Source: a virus. From it: 64,000 bases of DNA. The stretch lies in IMG/VR virus record IMGVR_UViG_3300044655_001643; one strand, 5' to 3'. This document shows, piece after piece, positions 26,562 to 35,880 of the stretch (position 1 is the first letter of the stretch; every line of letters begins with the position of its first letter). The notes under the pieces were generated by a model. That model was not told where the DNA came from. It saw only the letters and a list, made by a program, of their open reading frames with translations, and made no database searches. The position numbers and the translations under genes are program-made.

Positions 26562-27377
26562 TTACTCTAATATCACAAGTGTTTTTCTAGCCACCGATGC
26601 TTGATTAGCATATAAGAAGAATGGCAAGAATCTTTCACCTAAGAATCCTGGATAACGCCACGGTAATGGCTCTGTTGTTGTCGCTTGTGTTGGATAAACT
26701 TGATTTGTGTTCTGCCACACATACTCAAGCAGTTCAAATAACTCTGATGCATATTTTCTGAATAGTTGTTTACGCATCACATAACATGTTTCAAAACTTG
26801 CTTCATTCTGGTCCCACCAGTTCAGTGAGTCTCTGTAATCTGGCATCAACTTTTCAATGCCTTCTAGAAACAGATTCAGATACTCTGCTGGTTGTGATTG
26901 AAGATATTGATTACGAACAGAGTATGGCATCGATGTCAGTTTGTTCGTAATCGCATCATGTTCTTTGAGAAGTTCAAGTGCCGCTGCTTTCTGCTCATTT
27001 GACACCATGTACTCAGCATTCTCTTGTGTCGCTGGTAGACTTGCTTTCACCACATTCTCTTCTATGTCACCTTTGAAGTCAAGATAGCGACGGTATGTGG
27101 TGCAGCCGATGTAATCTGCACGACCATGCTTCCACAAATAATACTCGGATGCTTGTTGACCCAATGCACGAAGAAACTCATCTTCACTACACATTGTGTA
27201 ATATTGACGGTATTCATAAACACTCTTGTGCATTGATGTATTGATCCAGTTACCTGGACCAGGAGCTTGCCAGCCATATGGACCATGTGAGCCAGCGTAT
27301 GCTGCCTTCATCCAAGAGCAATTATGATCGAATGGAAAGTCTTTGTGAAAATGACTTACCATTAACAGATCAGTCAT
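26562..27377 (-). CDS. DUF4422-family (GT111-like) glycosyltransferase
   Basis: DYIGCTTYRRY and RYPGFLGERF motifs; start MTDLL at 27377. Confidence 0.65.
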   Translation of the reverse strand: MTDLLMVSHFHKDFPFDHNCSWMKAAYAGSHGPYGWQAPGPGNWINTSMHKSVYEYRQYYTMCSEDEFLRALGQQASEYYLWKHGRADYIGCTTYRRYLDFKGDIEENVVKASLPATQENAEYMVSNEQKAAALELLKEHDAITNKLTSMPYSVRNQYLQSQPAEYLNLFLEGIEKLMPDYRDSLNWWDQNEASFETCYVMRKQLFRKYASELFELLEYVWQNTNQVYPTQATTTEPLPWRYPGFLGERFLPFFLYANQASVARKTLVILE

Positions 27378-27534
27378 TGCTTTGTTCCTCTTTTTTCTTC
27401 TTTTTGAATTCGATGCGTGGAGCAATGATTGCGTTGATCATTTCACGTTTGTAATCGTGTTTTTTCTCACCACTCAATGAAGTCAATAAGACTTTGAGGG
27501 ACTTGTCCATTTTGAAGTTTGAGTTAGATTTCAT
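27370..27534 (-). CDS. small basic hypothetical protein (54 aa, not in ORF track)
   Basis: Manual translation MKSNSNFKMDKSLKVLL...EFKKKKKEEQSND; fills the gap and overlaps the next start. Confidence 0.6.
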   Translation of the reverse strand: MKSNSNFKMDKSLKVLLTSLSGEKKHDYKREMINAIIAPRIEFKKKKKEEQSND

Positions 27535-27551
27535 TATAAAGTATCCTTCAA

Positions 27552-27569
27552 GTGGGGCTTGCGCCCCAC
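27552..27569 (-). terminator. GCAA-tetraloop hairpin after hsp20
   Basis: GTGGGGC-GCAA-GCCCCAC; weak U-tract. Confidence 0.5.
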
Positions 27570-27572
27570 CCT

Positions 27573-28052
27573 TTACGCTGCCGCCTTTTCTTCTTGTAGA
27601 AGTTGAGGCTCAAACGTTTTTAGTTCATTACCAATTTCAATCTTGCGTGGCTTCTTATGCTCTGGAATGATGTTCTCTAGACCAATGCGTAGAATACCAT
27701 CTTTGAATTCAGCGCCCTTCACTTCAATCGTATCAGCAATAGTGATTGCCTTAGTGAAAGAACGTGTGCCAATTCCACGATGTAAATACTGAACGTCAGA
27801 TGTACCGACTTTCTTATCACCTTTGATAGTCAAAGTATTTTCTTGTACTTCAATATCAATTTCATCTTTACTAAAACCAGCAACAGCAAGTTCTACCACA
27901 TACTTGTTCTCATCTGCTTTGATGATGTTATGTGGTGGAAAATTGTTTGTTGGTCTAGAATCGTTTAGAATTGCTTCAACATCACGAATAAAGTTTTCAA
28001 AGCCCAATGTTTGATTGAGAACCATTGGACCAAAGCGACCAGTAATAGTCAT
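27573..28052 (-). CDS. hsp20: small heat-shock protein (Hsp20/IbpA-like)
   Basis: FPPHNI, ELAVAGF, YLHRGIGTRSF and DGIL motifs. Confidence 0.92.
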   Translation of the reverse strand: MTITGRFGPMVLNQTLGFENFIRDVEAILNDSRPTNNFPPHNIIKADENKYVVELAVAGFSKDEIDIEVQENTLTIKGDKKVGTSDVQYLHRGIGTRSFTKAITIADTIEVKGAEFKDGILRIGLENIIPEHKKPRKIEIGNELKTFEPQLLQEEKAAA

Positions 28053-28107
28053 TTTTTTCTCCTTTTATAAGCAAGTTACGATTACGTGACCCCGAAGGCA
28101 TCACGAC

Positions 28108-28290
28108 TTACTTGGCAACCTCAAACGCTGTGCGATTGACAAGATAAGTTCTTTGTGGATTACTTTGATTGTACACTTTGATGAATTCATTCAAACCATC
28201 TTTTGTCACATCATTGTAATCCCGAGTATACACTTCTTCTTTGGTATACTTGTTGATTAGTCTCACTGGATTTTTTTTCACTTTGTTCAT
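28108..28290 (-). CDS. hypothetical protein
   Basis: 60-aa ORF in operon context. Confidence 0.55.
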   Translation of the reverse strand: MNKVKKNPVRLINKYTKEEVYTRDYNDVTKDGLNEFIKVYNQSNPQRTYLVNRTAFEVAK

Positions 28291-28302
28291 AACCAGTCAC
28301 CA

Positions 28303-28707
28303 TTATTCTAATTTACCTTTTTTACCTATGTTATATTTAGCAATCAATTCCCAATCGTCTTTTTCTTTGAAAGAGATGATTTTTATCTGATGAATTGGTG
28401 CCATATTGTTCTCTACAATATCATAGTTTATAATCTTTATCAAGCCCCATTCCTCTAAAAGATTGGCAATAGCGTTGCGTCTTTGTATATCATTCTCGGT
28501 AATAGTCGATAGCTTACCGTCTAGTGCGAATAGTTCTTTGAAATGTACGATGTAATACTTGCCTTGTTTGTGTAGAATGTGGCAAGATTGATAAAGTACC
28601 TTTTCTTTCCTGCTTGAAACACCAATTCTTGTAAGTGTCTCACGTACTTTTAGAAAGTCATCCTGTTCTGTCAGTGTGACTTCAACAAATTTAGATAAAT
28701 CAACCAT
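28303..28707 (-). CDS. regA: translational repressor RegA
   Basis: DDFLKVRETLTRIG and LYQSCHILHKQG.YYIVHFKELF. Confidence 0.95.
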   Translation of the reverse strand: MVDLSKFVEVTLTEQDDFLKVRETLTRIGVSSRKEKVLYQSCHILHKQGKYYIVHFKELFALDGKLSTITENDIQRRNAIANLLEEWGLIKIINYDIVENNMAPIHQIKIISFKEKDDWELIAKYNIGKKGKLE

Positions 28708-28708
28708 G

Positions 28709-29095
28709 TCATTTTCCTAATCCGCCCTTTTGGGATTCTTCTTTTAGTTTTTGGATTTGTTCTTTGCTGAGTAGGCGCAAGACTTCTCTTGCTTTGGAAT
28801 TGGACAGGCCATAAGCCAGTTTGATACATTCCAAATCATCGTTTTTTTCTGCCTTAGCCCACTTCGCAAAAGGTCTTTTCATAGACCTTACAGTATTTAG
28901 CAAAAAGTCGTTTTGCATCTTTTTGTCTAAATGATGACGGCGATTCATCTCATTGGCATACATAACACAGTCATTGTGCTGAGACAAGGCACGATTGACC
29001 AGAAATGGCTGATATTCCCGTTCAGTCAAATCGTCAACAATCAGTTGCTTCTTAGTCTGAAGAATGGCTGTGGCATAGTCAAATGGATTGCTCAT
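28709..29095 (-). CDS. gp62: clamp loader small subunit (gp62)
   Basis: YQPFLVNRALS...ANEMN; synteny gp44-gp62-regA. Confidence 0.9.
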   Translation of the reverse strand: MSNPFDYATAILQTKKQLIVDDLTEREYQPFLVNRALSQHNDCVMYANEMNRRHHLDKKMQNDFLLNTVRSMKRPFAKWAKAEKNDDLECIKLAYGLSNSKAREVLRLLSKEQIQKLKEESQKGGLGK

Positions 29096-30021
29096 TTGAA
29101 CTCCACATTGGCCATAAGTTCAGTCAGACAAGCAACAAGATTGATTTCTTGATCGGCAACAAATGCTTGTTTGTATTGATAGTCAGCAATGATAATCACT
29201 GCTTGTGGAATACTCTGAGGCTTTGCAATGTCATACAAAGCATCATAGAGTTTACGAAAGAATGTCGTGTTATCAATGTCAGTTGTCGCTGCCCATTTGC
29301 GGACGGACGTAAAGTCTTTTTCTTTCAGATGTTTGACAATCTGTGAAATAGAAATGTCACCAATCTGAGAGAGGATGCCTACATCAATCTTGCCGAGTTG
29401 AGAGTAGCGTTGTAGTTCATTGATAGCACGACGAAAATCTGGAAAGTGTTTTTTGATGAGTTCAGCAATTACTTTCTCATCATATTCAACTTTCTCTGTG
29501 TCTAGTATGTGTGTAATGCGTTTGAAAAACGCAGAAGCCATCTTTGCTTTTTCACCATTGACCAAACGAAAATCAATCACAGCACAACGACTGTGAAGTG
29601 GTTCAATGATTCTGCTTTTGAAGTTACATGTAAAAATGAATGAACAGTTTACAGCAAACTCTTCAATGGCATTTCTTAGAATTGCTTGTGCATTTGGTGT
29701 TAGATAATCTGCTTCATCAAGAATAACGACCTTACGGCCGCCAGTAAATGACATTGATGATGCATAGTTCTTTATCTTTACACGAATTGTATCAACACCA
29801 TTCTCGTCAGAACCATTGAGAATCATGTAGTCGCAACCGATCTCGTTGCACATCGCTTTGGCGATTGTTGTCTTGCCCACGCCCGCTCCACCAGTCAGAA
29901 GGAGGTTTGGCATCTCCTTCTGATTCACATACTCTTGAAAAGTTGTTTTCAATCGTTCTGGCAGTATGCATTCTTCTACCGTTTGAGGACGATAGCGTTC
30001 TACCCACAACAGGTGATCCAT
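29092..30021 (-). CDS. gp44: clamp loader large subunit (gp44)
   Basis: LWVERYRP, GGAGVGKTT, ILDEAD and HSRC motifs. Confidence 0.95.
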   Translation of the reverse strand: MDHLLWVERYRPQTVEECILPERLKTTFQEYVNQKEMPNLLLTGGAGVGKTTIAKAMCNEIGCDYMILNGSDENGVDTIRVKIKNYASSMSFTGGRKVVILDEADYLTPNAQAILRNAIEEFAVNCSFIFTCNFKSRIIEPLHSRCAVIDFRLVNGEKAKMASAFFKRITHILDTEKVEYDEKVIAELIKKHFPDFRRAINELQRYSQLGKIDVGILSQIGDISISQIVKHLKEKDFTSVRKWAATTDIDNTTFFRKLYDALYDIAKPQSIPQAVIIIADYQYKQAFVADQEINLVACLTELMANVEFK

Positions 30022-30058
30022 TTAATTTCCTCACAAAAATCATAATATAAAAAATGTA

Positions 30059-30736
30059 TCAAACAGATTCGTATTTCGAACCAGCTTCAGTTGCAATCCA
30101 ATACTGAAGATTCAGTGTTTTATGCTTGAAGTTAGAAATGCCCTTTGACGAAATCTTAACATCATAAGAACCAGAAATCATCTTTAGATTTTCGACTTTG
30201 AAAATCATTTTGAACTTCTTTTTGCTGGTTGTAATTTCAAGTGAGTCTGTGTGTGCTGCATCATTTGTTGGGTCAAATGTAGTGATAGAAAGTTTCTCAC
30301 CATCAGATTCGACAGAGATGCATGGTGAAGAAAGCACTGCTGATGCTTTCATAATCCAATCAAAATCTTCTTGTGTGAGTGTCAAAGAAATTTCTGGCTC
30401 AGGCATTGCAATAGGCTTATCTGGTGCAGCAACAATCATATGTGGCGCACAGAAACGATACTTGATTTTGCTACGACCCTGTAGACCAGAGATGACCACA
30501 TTGTTGTCTTGGAAGTCAAGACTTGGATCATCTTTGTGTAGAGATAGAACAGAAAGAAAATTGTTCAGATCATAAACACCAAAATCAGTTGGAAATTCAT
30601 CACTGACAGTGGCTTCAGCCATCACATTCTTTTGAGCAGACACGGTACGCAGTGTTTTGCCTTTCTTGAACATGATACCTTGATTGATTGAAGCAAAGTT
30701 CTTCAAAACGGAGAGTGTATCTGTAGAAAGTTTCAT
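30059..30736 (-). CDS. gp45: sliding clamp (gp45)
   Basis: MKLSTDTLSVLKNFASIN, FGVYDLNNFL and YWIATE. Confidence 0.93.
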   Translation of the reverse strand: MKLSTDTLSVLKNFASINQGIMFKKGKTLRTVSAQKNVMAEATVSDEFPTDFGVYDLNNFLSVLSLHKDDPSLDFQDNNVVISGLQGRSKIKYRFCAPHMIVAAPDKPIAMPEPEISLTLTQEDFDWIMKASAVLSSPCISVESDGEKLSITTFDPTNDAAHTDSLEITTSKKKFKMIFKVENLKMISGSYDVKISSKGISNFKHKTLNLQYWIATEAGSKYESV

Positions 30737-30739
30737 AAT

Positions 30740-31009
30740 TTATTTCCTCGTCAAATCGTGGTTATGTAAAGCCATTATAGCGTAGTGAACGACTTTTAGC
30801 AAGTCATCCCTGTTATAGCCATTCTTTTTACCATAACGCTGTGCATACTTCATAATATTTCCAATAAAGAATCCTTCACCGTGCCCACAGTCTATGATGA
30901 ATTCTGATGTTTGGAATTTATTGAGTGAGTAGTGTTGACCGTATGTCTTGTCGATGTACTGCTTTAGTTCGGCAAGAATACGATCTTCACTATACTTGTA
31001 CTCTATCAA
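30740..31009 (-). CDS. DUF3310-like protein
   Basis: HY...GFFIGNIMKYAQRYGKK...DLLKVVHYA. Confidence 0.7.
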   Translation of the reverse strand: MIEYKYSEDRILAELKQYIDKTYGQHYSLNKFQTSEFIIDCGHGEGFFIGNIMKYAQRYGKKNGYNRDDLLKVVHYAIMALHNHDLTRK

Positions 31010-31821
31010 AGTCTACCAGTATACTGTGCAACAGCGGGCATGTTGCCAGTAAATGCATATGTACCAATGTGTTGAGTTCTCATCCATGGACACAACCAAA
31101 CTTGTCCACCAATCTTACGCCACATTTGACAGAACATATAATCTTCTGATAGATAACGATCAGAACCACCACCAACGCATGAATCAACAGTATCAATCAC
31201 CGTATCGAAATACGCATGAATGTAACGTGAACCATCGAAGTGTGCTTGTCCAACATGATCAGGTTTGTAACGAATGAATGGATATGCTTCTTTGAGTTTA
31301 TCAAAAACACCACGCTTGATCATCATATGACCTGTGCCAATCTCCATAACTTCTAGAGGATCAGATACTTGAAATTGTTGCGTACCCTTGACTACATTGA
31401 ATACATATTCACCAACAAGATTTTCAAGTTCTTTTGGATTCAAGTCTGGATGTTTACGTGCAGTTTCAGCAATATTACCCCAATTGATAGACTTCTTAGG
31501 ATAAGGACCACCGATAACATCTTTGTCGAGTGCAAGGAGAGCAACAACATCATTCGGATCGAAATGAATATCTGAATCGATAAACATCATGTGTGTAAAA
31601 TCTGTACGTAGAAATTCATCTACCAAATAATTTCTTGCACGTGTGATGAGGGATTCGTTGAAGAGAAATGAAAACTTTGTTTCAATACCATAACGAATCA
31701 TAACAGTTTGAAGATCAAGGCAAGATTTCATATACAAGCCATGATTCATACCGCCATACATTGGCGTTGCTACGAAAAGTTTGTTTTTTCTTAGTTCTTC
31801 AATATTGACTTCTATTTTCAT
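31006..31821 (-). CDS. GT-A-fold glycosyltransferase-like protein
   Basis: VATPMYGG, NESLITRARN, FIDSD (DxD) and YLSEDYMFC motifs. Confidence 0.65.
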   Translation of the reverse strand: MKIEVNIEELRKNKLFVATPMYGGMNHGLYMKSCLDLQTVMIRYGIETKFSFLFNESLITRARNYLVDEFLRTDFTHMMFIDSDIHFDPNDVVALLALDKDVIGGPYPKKSINWGNIAETARKHPDLNPKELENLVGEYVFNVVKGTQQFQVSDPLEVMEIGTGHMMIKRGVFDKLKEAYPFIRYKPDHVGQAHFDGSRYIHAYFDTVIDTVDSCVGGGSDRYLSEDYMFCQMWRKIGGQVWLCPWMRTQHIGTYAFTGNMPAVAQYTGRL

Positions 31822-31832
31822 AATTTATCCAT

Positions 31833-31875
31833 AAAAAAAGAGTAGGAACACATACAAATATATATGCTCCTACTC
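31833..31875 (-). terminator. intrinsic terminator
   Basis: GAGTAGGA...TCCTACTC stem followed by T7. Confidence 0.65.
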
Positions 31876-31893
31876 CGCTCGTTTTAGCCTTTT

Positions 31894-32157
31894 TTAGGCA
31901 AATGCTTCTGCGCCAAGAATAGCGTGTGCTGCGGCGATCATTTTCTTGGTTGGCTTACCAAGTTTGTAGTAAGTGATACGGCGACCATCTTCAAGAGTTT
32001 TCTTGTTAGTATAAATGCAGTGACCTTCGGCACGAAGTTCTTCAATGCGGGCACCAACGTTTACAATACCAAAACGGGCACGTGCTTGTGCGGCTGTCAA
32101 AGTGTTGTAAGGACCATCCTTAGAAAGGAACTTTAGAATTTTCTCTTTAGCAGACAT
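31894..32157 (-). CDS. winged-HTH DNA-binding protein
   Basis: LTAAQARARFGIVNVGARIEELRAEGHCI. Confidence 0.7.
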   Translation of the reverse strand: MSAKEKILKFLSKDGPYNTLTAAQARARFGIVNVGARIEELRAEGHCIYTNKKTLEDGRRITYYKLGKPTKKMIAAAHAILGAEAFA

Positions 32158-32228
32158 TCAATTTACTCCATAAAAATTAGTCGCACGAAAAATAAAAAAG
32201 TAGAGGCGACTGTTCTCTACATCTTGTT

Positions 32229-32257
32229 AGTATATAAAAAAAGAGAGAGTGTGTCAA
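32229..32257 (-). promoter_or_regulatory. sigma70-type early promoter
   Basis: TTGACA-N17-TATACT; overlaps terminator hairpin 32245-32264. Confidence 0.8.
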
Positions 32258-32281
32258 CACTCTCCCTGGTAAAAGATACGA

Positions 32282-33478
32282 TTAGAAAGGAATTTCTTCT
32301 TTATCTACCGTGCTTGCAGCAGATTCGGAATCTTTAGCAATGGTAGTCTCATCAGCACCACCATCAACTTTGGTATACAAGTCAAGGAATGTTGCAGCAG
32401 TATCAGCATCAAAACGATTCAAGCAGTATTTAATTGCTTTTGTTTTGTCACCGAAGATACCATACGTTTTGACAATGTGAACCAGACGGCGTGTTGAGAT
32501 AACTTCATCACAGCCACCATCAGCAAACGTATTACGAATTACAGTAGCCCAAGTGACAAGTTTTTTGGCAAAGTCATCATCATTCTTACCAACAGAGGAC
32601 AATTCTTTTTGGATGATTTTGTTTTCAACTTTCGTTGGTGGCCATTCTTGTTCCATTGTGTTAGGAAAACGTTCAAGAAACGCCTCATTCAACACGTTGG
32701 TAAACATATAGCGACCATCTTCGGAACCCTTACCCTTAGTGTTAGCAGTAGCAAACACAGTAAAGCCAGGCGCTGGTGAAACCAGCTCATTCTTTTTCTT
32801 TAGCAAGAATGGCTTACCCTCAAGTACCCGCTGTAAGCACGACAAGTTTTGTGCGCCGTAATCAATCTCATCAATACAGAGTACAGCACCCTGACGGGCT
32901 GCAACAGTCACAGGACCGTCACGCCATTCCATCTGACCGTTGATCAAAACATAGTTACCAAGCAAATCAGATTCATCGGTATCTGGTGTCATTGATACGC
33001 AAACAAACTTACGTTTGGCTTTAGCACAGGCTTGTTCAATCGACATTGTTTTACCGTTACCAGAATGACCCGTAACGAAAACAGGGAAGAACATATTTGA
33101 TTGTACAATTGACAACACATCTTCAAAGTTGCCAAAAGGTACATAGTTAGCATATTGAGAAGGAATCAGATTCTCAGTCTCAAGATCAGTTGTCACATTG
33201 GCAATACGATTGCCAGATTGATTGGTAGGCTGAGCCAGTGGAATCACTTGTGCAGCCATGTTGATAGCAGCAGCCGCTGCCGGTGCCGCTCTGGATGCAG
33301 CAGGAACACGATACACACCACGCTTGACTTTGTTTGATTCATCATTGACGAACCATTGTGGGATAGGAATACTTAGCTTTTCAGCAATTGTTACAACATC
33401 AACTTTTGTAACTTCAGATTTGCCAGTTGCAATAAGAGCATCAATAAACAACTGACGTTTAGCGGCACGACTTGCCAT
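32282..33478 (-). CDS. cobS: CobS-like MoxR AAA+ ATPase
   Basis: GHSGNGKT, IDEID, ATANTKGKG, NEAFLERF and ISTRRL motifs. Confidence 0.88.
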   Translation of the reverse strand: MASRAAKRQLFIDALIATGKSEVTKVDVVTIAEKLSIPIPQWFVNDESNKVKRGVYRVPAASRAAPAAAAAINMAAQVIPLAQPTNQSGNRIANVTTDLETENLIPSQYANYVPFGNFEDVLSIVQSNMFFPVFVTGHSGNGKTMSIEQACAKAKRKFVCVSMTPDTDESDLLGNYVLINGQMEWRDGPVTVAARQGAVLCIDEIDYGAQNLSCLQRVLEGKPFLLKKKNELVSPAPGFTVFATANTKGKGSEDGRYMFTNVLNEAFLERFPNTMEQEWPPTKVENKIIQKELSSVGKNDDDFAKKLVTWATVIRNTFADGGCDEVISTRRLVHIVKTYGIFGDKTKAIKYCLNRFDADTAATFLDLYTKVDGGADETTIAKDSESAASTVDKEEIPF

Positions 33479-33509
33479 AATATAAACTCCTCATCACAGT
33501 AGAAACTAC

Positions 33510-33538
33510 ATTATAAAGAGAATCCACCACTTTGTCAA
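33510..33538 (-). promoter_or_regulatory. sigma70-type early promoter
   Basis: Perfect TTGACA-N17-TATAAT. Confidence 0.85.
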
Positions 33539-33552
33539 GCGGTGGATTGTTA

Positions 33553-35823
33553 TCAAACTGCTATCATACCGATGAACTTGCTAACCAGAACACGATTGAC
33601 TTGGCGGGATTTGTTGTACTTACCAAATGCTTTAGTCAATGCTGCCGTTGTTTTGGCTTCTGTTTCAAACTCATCATCTTCAACAGTCAGTGAATCACCA
33701 GGCAGAATGAAGAATGATTCATAGCCAGGATTTTTTGATTCAAGAAACTTTTCCTTGCGTAGAATCTTAACATACTTATTCAATACTTCACCAACAGCCC
33801 AATACTGACTTTGATTTAGTTTCAGTTTCAATGCTTCTGCCATTTCTGGATTATACAAACGGCGGCGTAGTGCCGATTTTGTATTTGTTGAGGGTGCAAG
33901 ATAGAAACCAATAATCTTTACACCAGTTGTTTTCACCAACCATTCAGAAACAGCAACACGAAGGGCATCATCATTCTCAGATGAAAGAGAAACTTGTATT
34001 TTACTTTTCTCATCAACAAGAATAACATTCATGTATCGATTAGAAAAAATGCCCATCTTATCTTCCGATGTTACATAACGAGAACATTGATCGGCATCAC
34101 CATCATGAACTACGCAAAGATTCACAATGTCAAGATTGTTTTGTTTGCGAAACTCATCAATCAGTTTTTTAGTAGCAACCAAAGATTCTGACAATGGTGT
34201 ATTAGACAGACCCTCAGACTGTGGCATGTAAAAGCCAAACTTGCTTTTGCCATAGTAACCATACCGACTTCTGCCAGACCAAGCATCAATCAAGCAAAGA
34301 ATATTCTTGATTGCTTTTGTGAACTCGGCATTACCCATCTTAGAGTTTATCATCTCACGTAGGTAAACATTACCAAACGATACTTCACCAACATTTTTGC
34401 TGAATGATTCATCATATGATGTTCGTGGAAAATCTTTTTCACGTACACCATCAGCATTACCAAAACCATATGCTGTAAATGGAATGTTTACTTTACGGCA
34501 GAACATGGCAAGAATCAATATCTGTTCATATGAACCAGCAAGATTATCTGACATTGAACCAGACTTATCAAGCAACAGAACCAGACCGTGTGATTTGCCT
34601 TTCGGTACCCGCATCATTTTCTTGAAGATATTATCGTCAATTTGATACTTGAAAATTTTACTGATATCAATGTCACCAGTCTCTGCGGTTTTAGCCTTAG
34701 AAAATTTAGATGCTGCTTTACGCATCTCAAATTCTTTTGCCAAGAGTGAAATGTATCGTTCATTCTTTTTACGGAATGCAGCATACAATTCATTAGTTGC
34801 AGTTTGATAATTGACACCCTGTGAACTAAATTCTTCAGTTAGAATTTCCTGCACACGTTTTGCTGGAGTGACAATGTTTTTCAGATTCGGTGTAGGCAAT
34901 TTCACATACACATAATCACGTGCCGATTTGTCAATCAATGATGCTTCATTGCGGCGAAAGTTATCATCGGTTTCACAGAACGGCTCAAAGTCATCACCAC
35001 GTACGGAACCAGATTCTTTTTGGCGATTCAATTCTTTAGCATTGTATTCTTCATCACCTTCTTCACCATCTTCTTCTTTGCCAGCAGACTTGAGTTCGCC
35101 TTCATTATCAGATTCTTTATCGGATGATTTTTGTTTTAGTTTCTTTGAATCTGATTCTTGACCATCTTCAGATTCAGCATCATCATCACCCTCACTGAGT
35201 TCATAATCTTCATCACCGTCACCATCGCCAAACTGATAGTCTTGCGGCAAATTCAATTCTGCTAATTGTTCTTTGGAGTAATCCCAAATTTCATTAGTCA
35301 GTTTGAGAACATCTTCCCAAGTTTCAAGTTCTTTTACCCGCTCAACAAACTCAGTTTCTTTTTCGTTGAAAGCAATTGGTAAAGTGTAACCAGACTTTGA
35401 AAAGATATTGAGTCGGTCAATGAATGACATATTATTGATGCTGCGGTCTTTGATGCCAAAGAAATCACGTTCCATCAATTCATTGAAGCCGACAACAAAC
35501 GAACGGCGCAGACCAGGGTAGCGGCGTTTTTGACGTTTCTCGATACGTGCATCTTCAACTACATTGAGAAAGCCTTTGAAGTTTGCGCCACGGTCGTGAA
35601 CAGCACCGTGCCAACCATCGGCAGGTGTGTCAAGGGCGTGACCGACTTCATGACCAACAAGTAAGTCATAAAGTTCGGGTGAAGTTTTGTCCCAGATAGG
35701 AACCGTTAGAACACGGCGTTTAGGATCGAACCATGCCGTTGGTGTTTTGGCGTGTTGAACAGTAAGGTTCTCGGTTGCCATCAATTTGGCAAGCCCAGAT
35801 TTTTGAGACTGAATGTTGTTCAT
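33553..35823 (-). CDS. CobT-like protein: HExxH metallopeptidase-like domain, acidic linker, vWA domain
   Basis: GHEVGHAL, NVVEDARIE and LLLDKSGSM (MIDAS); partner of the MoxR ATPase. Confidence 0.85.
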   Translation of the reverse strand: MNNIQSQKSGLAKLMATENLTVQHAKTPTAWFDPKRRVLTVPIWDKTSPELYDLLVGHEVGHALDTPADGWHGAVHDRGANFKGFLNVVEDARIEKRQKRRYPGLRRSFVVGFNELMERDFFGIKDRSINNMSFIDRLNIFSKSGYTLPIAFNEKETEFVERVKELETWEDVLKLTNEIWDYSKEQLAELNLPQDYQFGDGDGDEDYELSEGDDDAESEDGQESDSKKLKQKSSDKESDNEGELKSAGKEEDGEEGDEEYNAKELNRQKESGSVRGDDFEPFCETDDNFRRNEASLIDKSARDYVYVKLPTPNLKNIVTPAKRVQEILTEEFSSQGVNYQTATNELYAAFRKKNERYISLLAKEFEMRKAASKFSKAKTAETGDIDISKIFKYQIDDNIFKKMMRVPKGKSHGLVLLLDKSGSMSDNLAGSYEQILILAMFCRKVNIPFTAYGFGNADGVREKDFPRTSYDESFSKNVGEVSFGNVYLREMINSKMGNAEFTKAIKNILCLIDAWSGRSRYGYYGKSKFGFYMPQSEGLSNTPLSESLVATKKLIDEFRKQNNLDIVNLCVVHDGDADQCSRYVTSEDKMGIFSNRYMNVILVDEKSKIQVSLSSENDDALRVAVSEWLVKTTGVKIIGFYLAPSTNTKSALRRRLYNPEMAEALKLKLNQSQYWAVGEVLNKYVKILRKEKFLESKNPGYESFFILPGDSLTVEDDEFETEAKTTAALTKAFGKYNKSRQVNRVLVSKFIGMIAV

Positions 35824-35851
35824 TTGATAACCTCTGTACTATCGAAATATA

Positions 35852-35880
35852 ATAGTATCAGGGTTATGTATGTTTGTCAA
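35852..35880 (-). promoter_or_regulatory. sigma70-type early promoter
   Basis: TTGACA-N17-TACTAT upstream of the cobT-like gene. Confidence 0.7.

Noticed and set aside
32282-35823. Cobalamin biosynthesis role for the cobS/cobT-like genes, tempting given the B12 radical SAM
   Set aside because: MoxR-vWA pairs are common in T4-like phages and are probably chaperone-like; no cobN or other cob genes are present.
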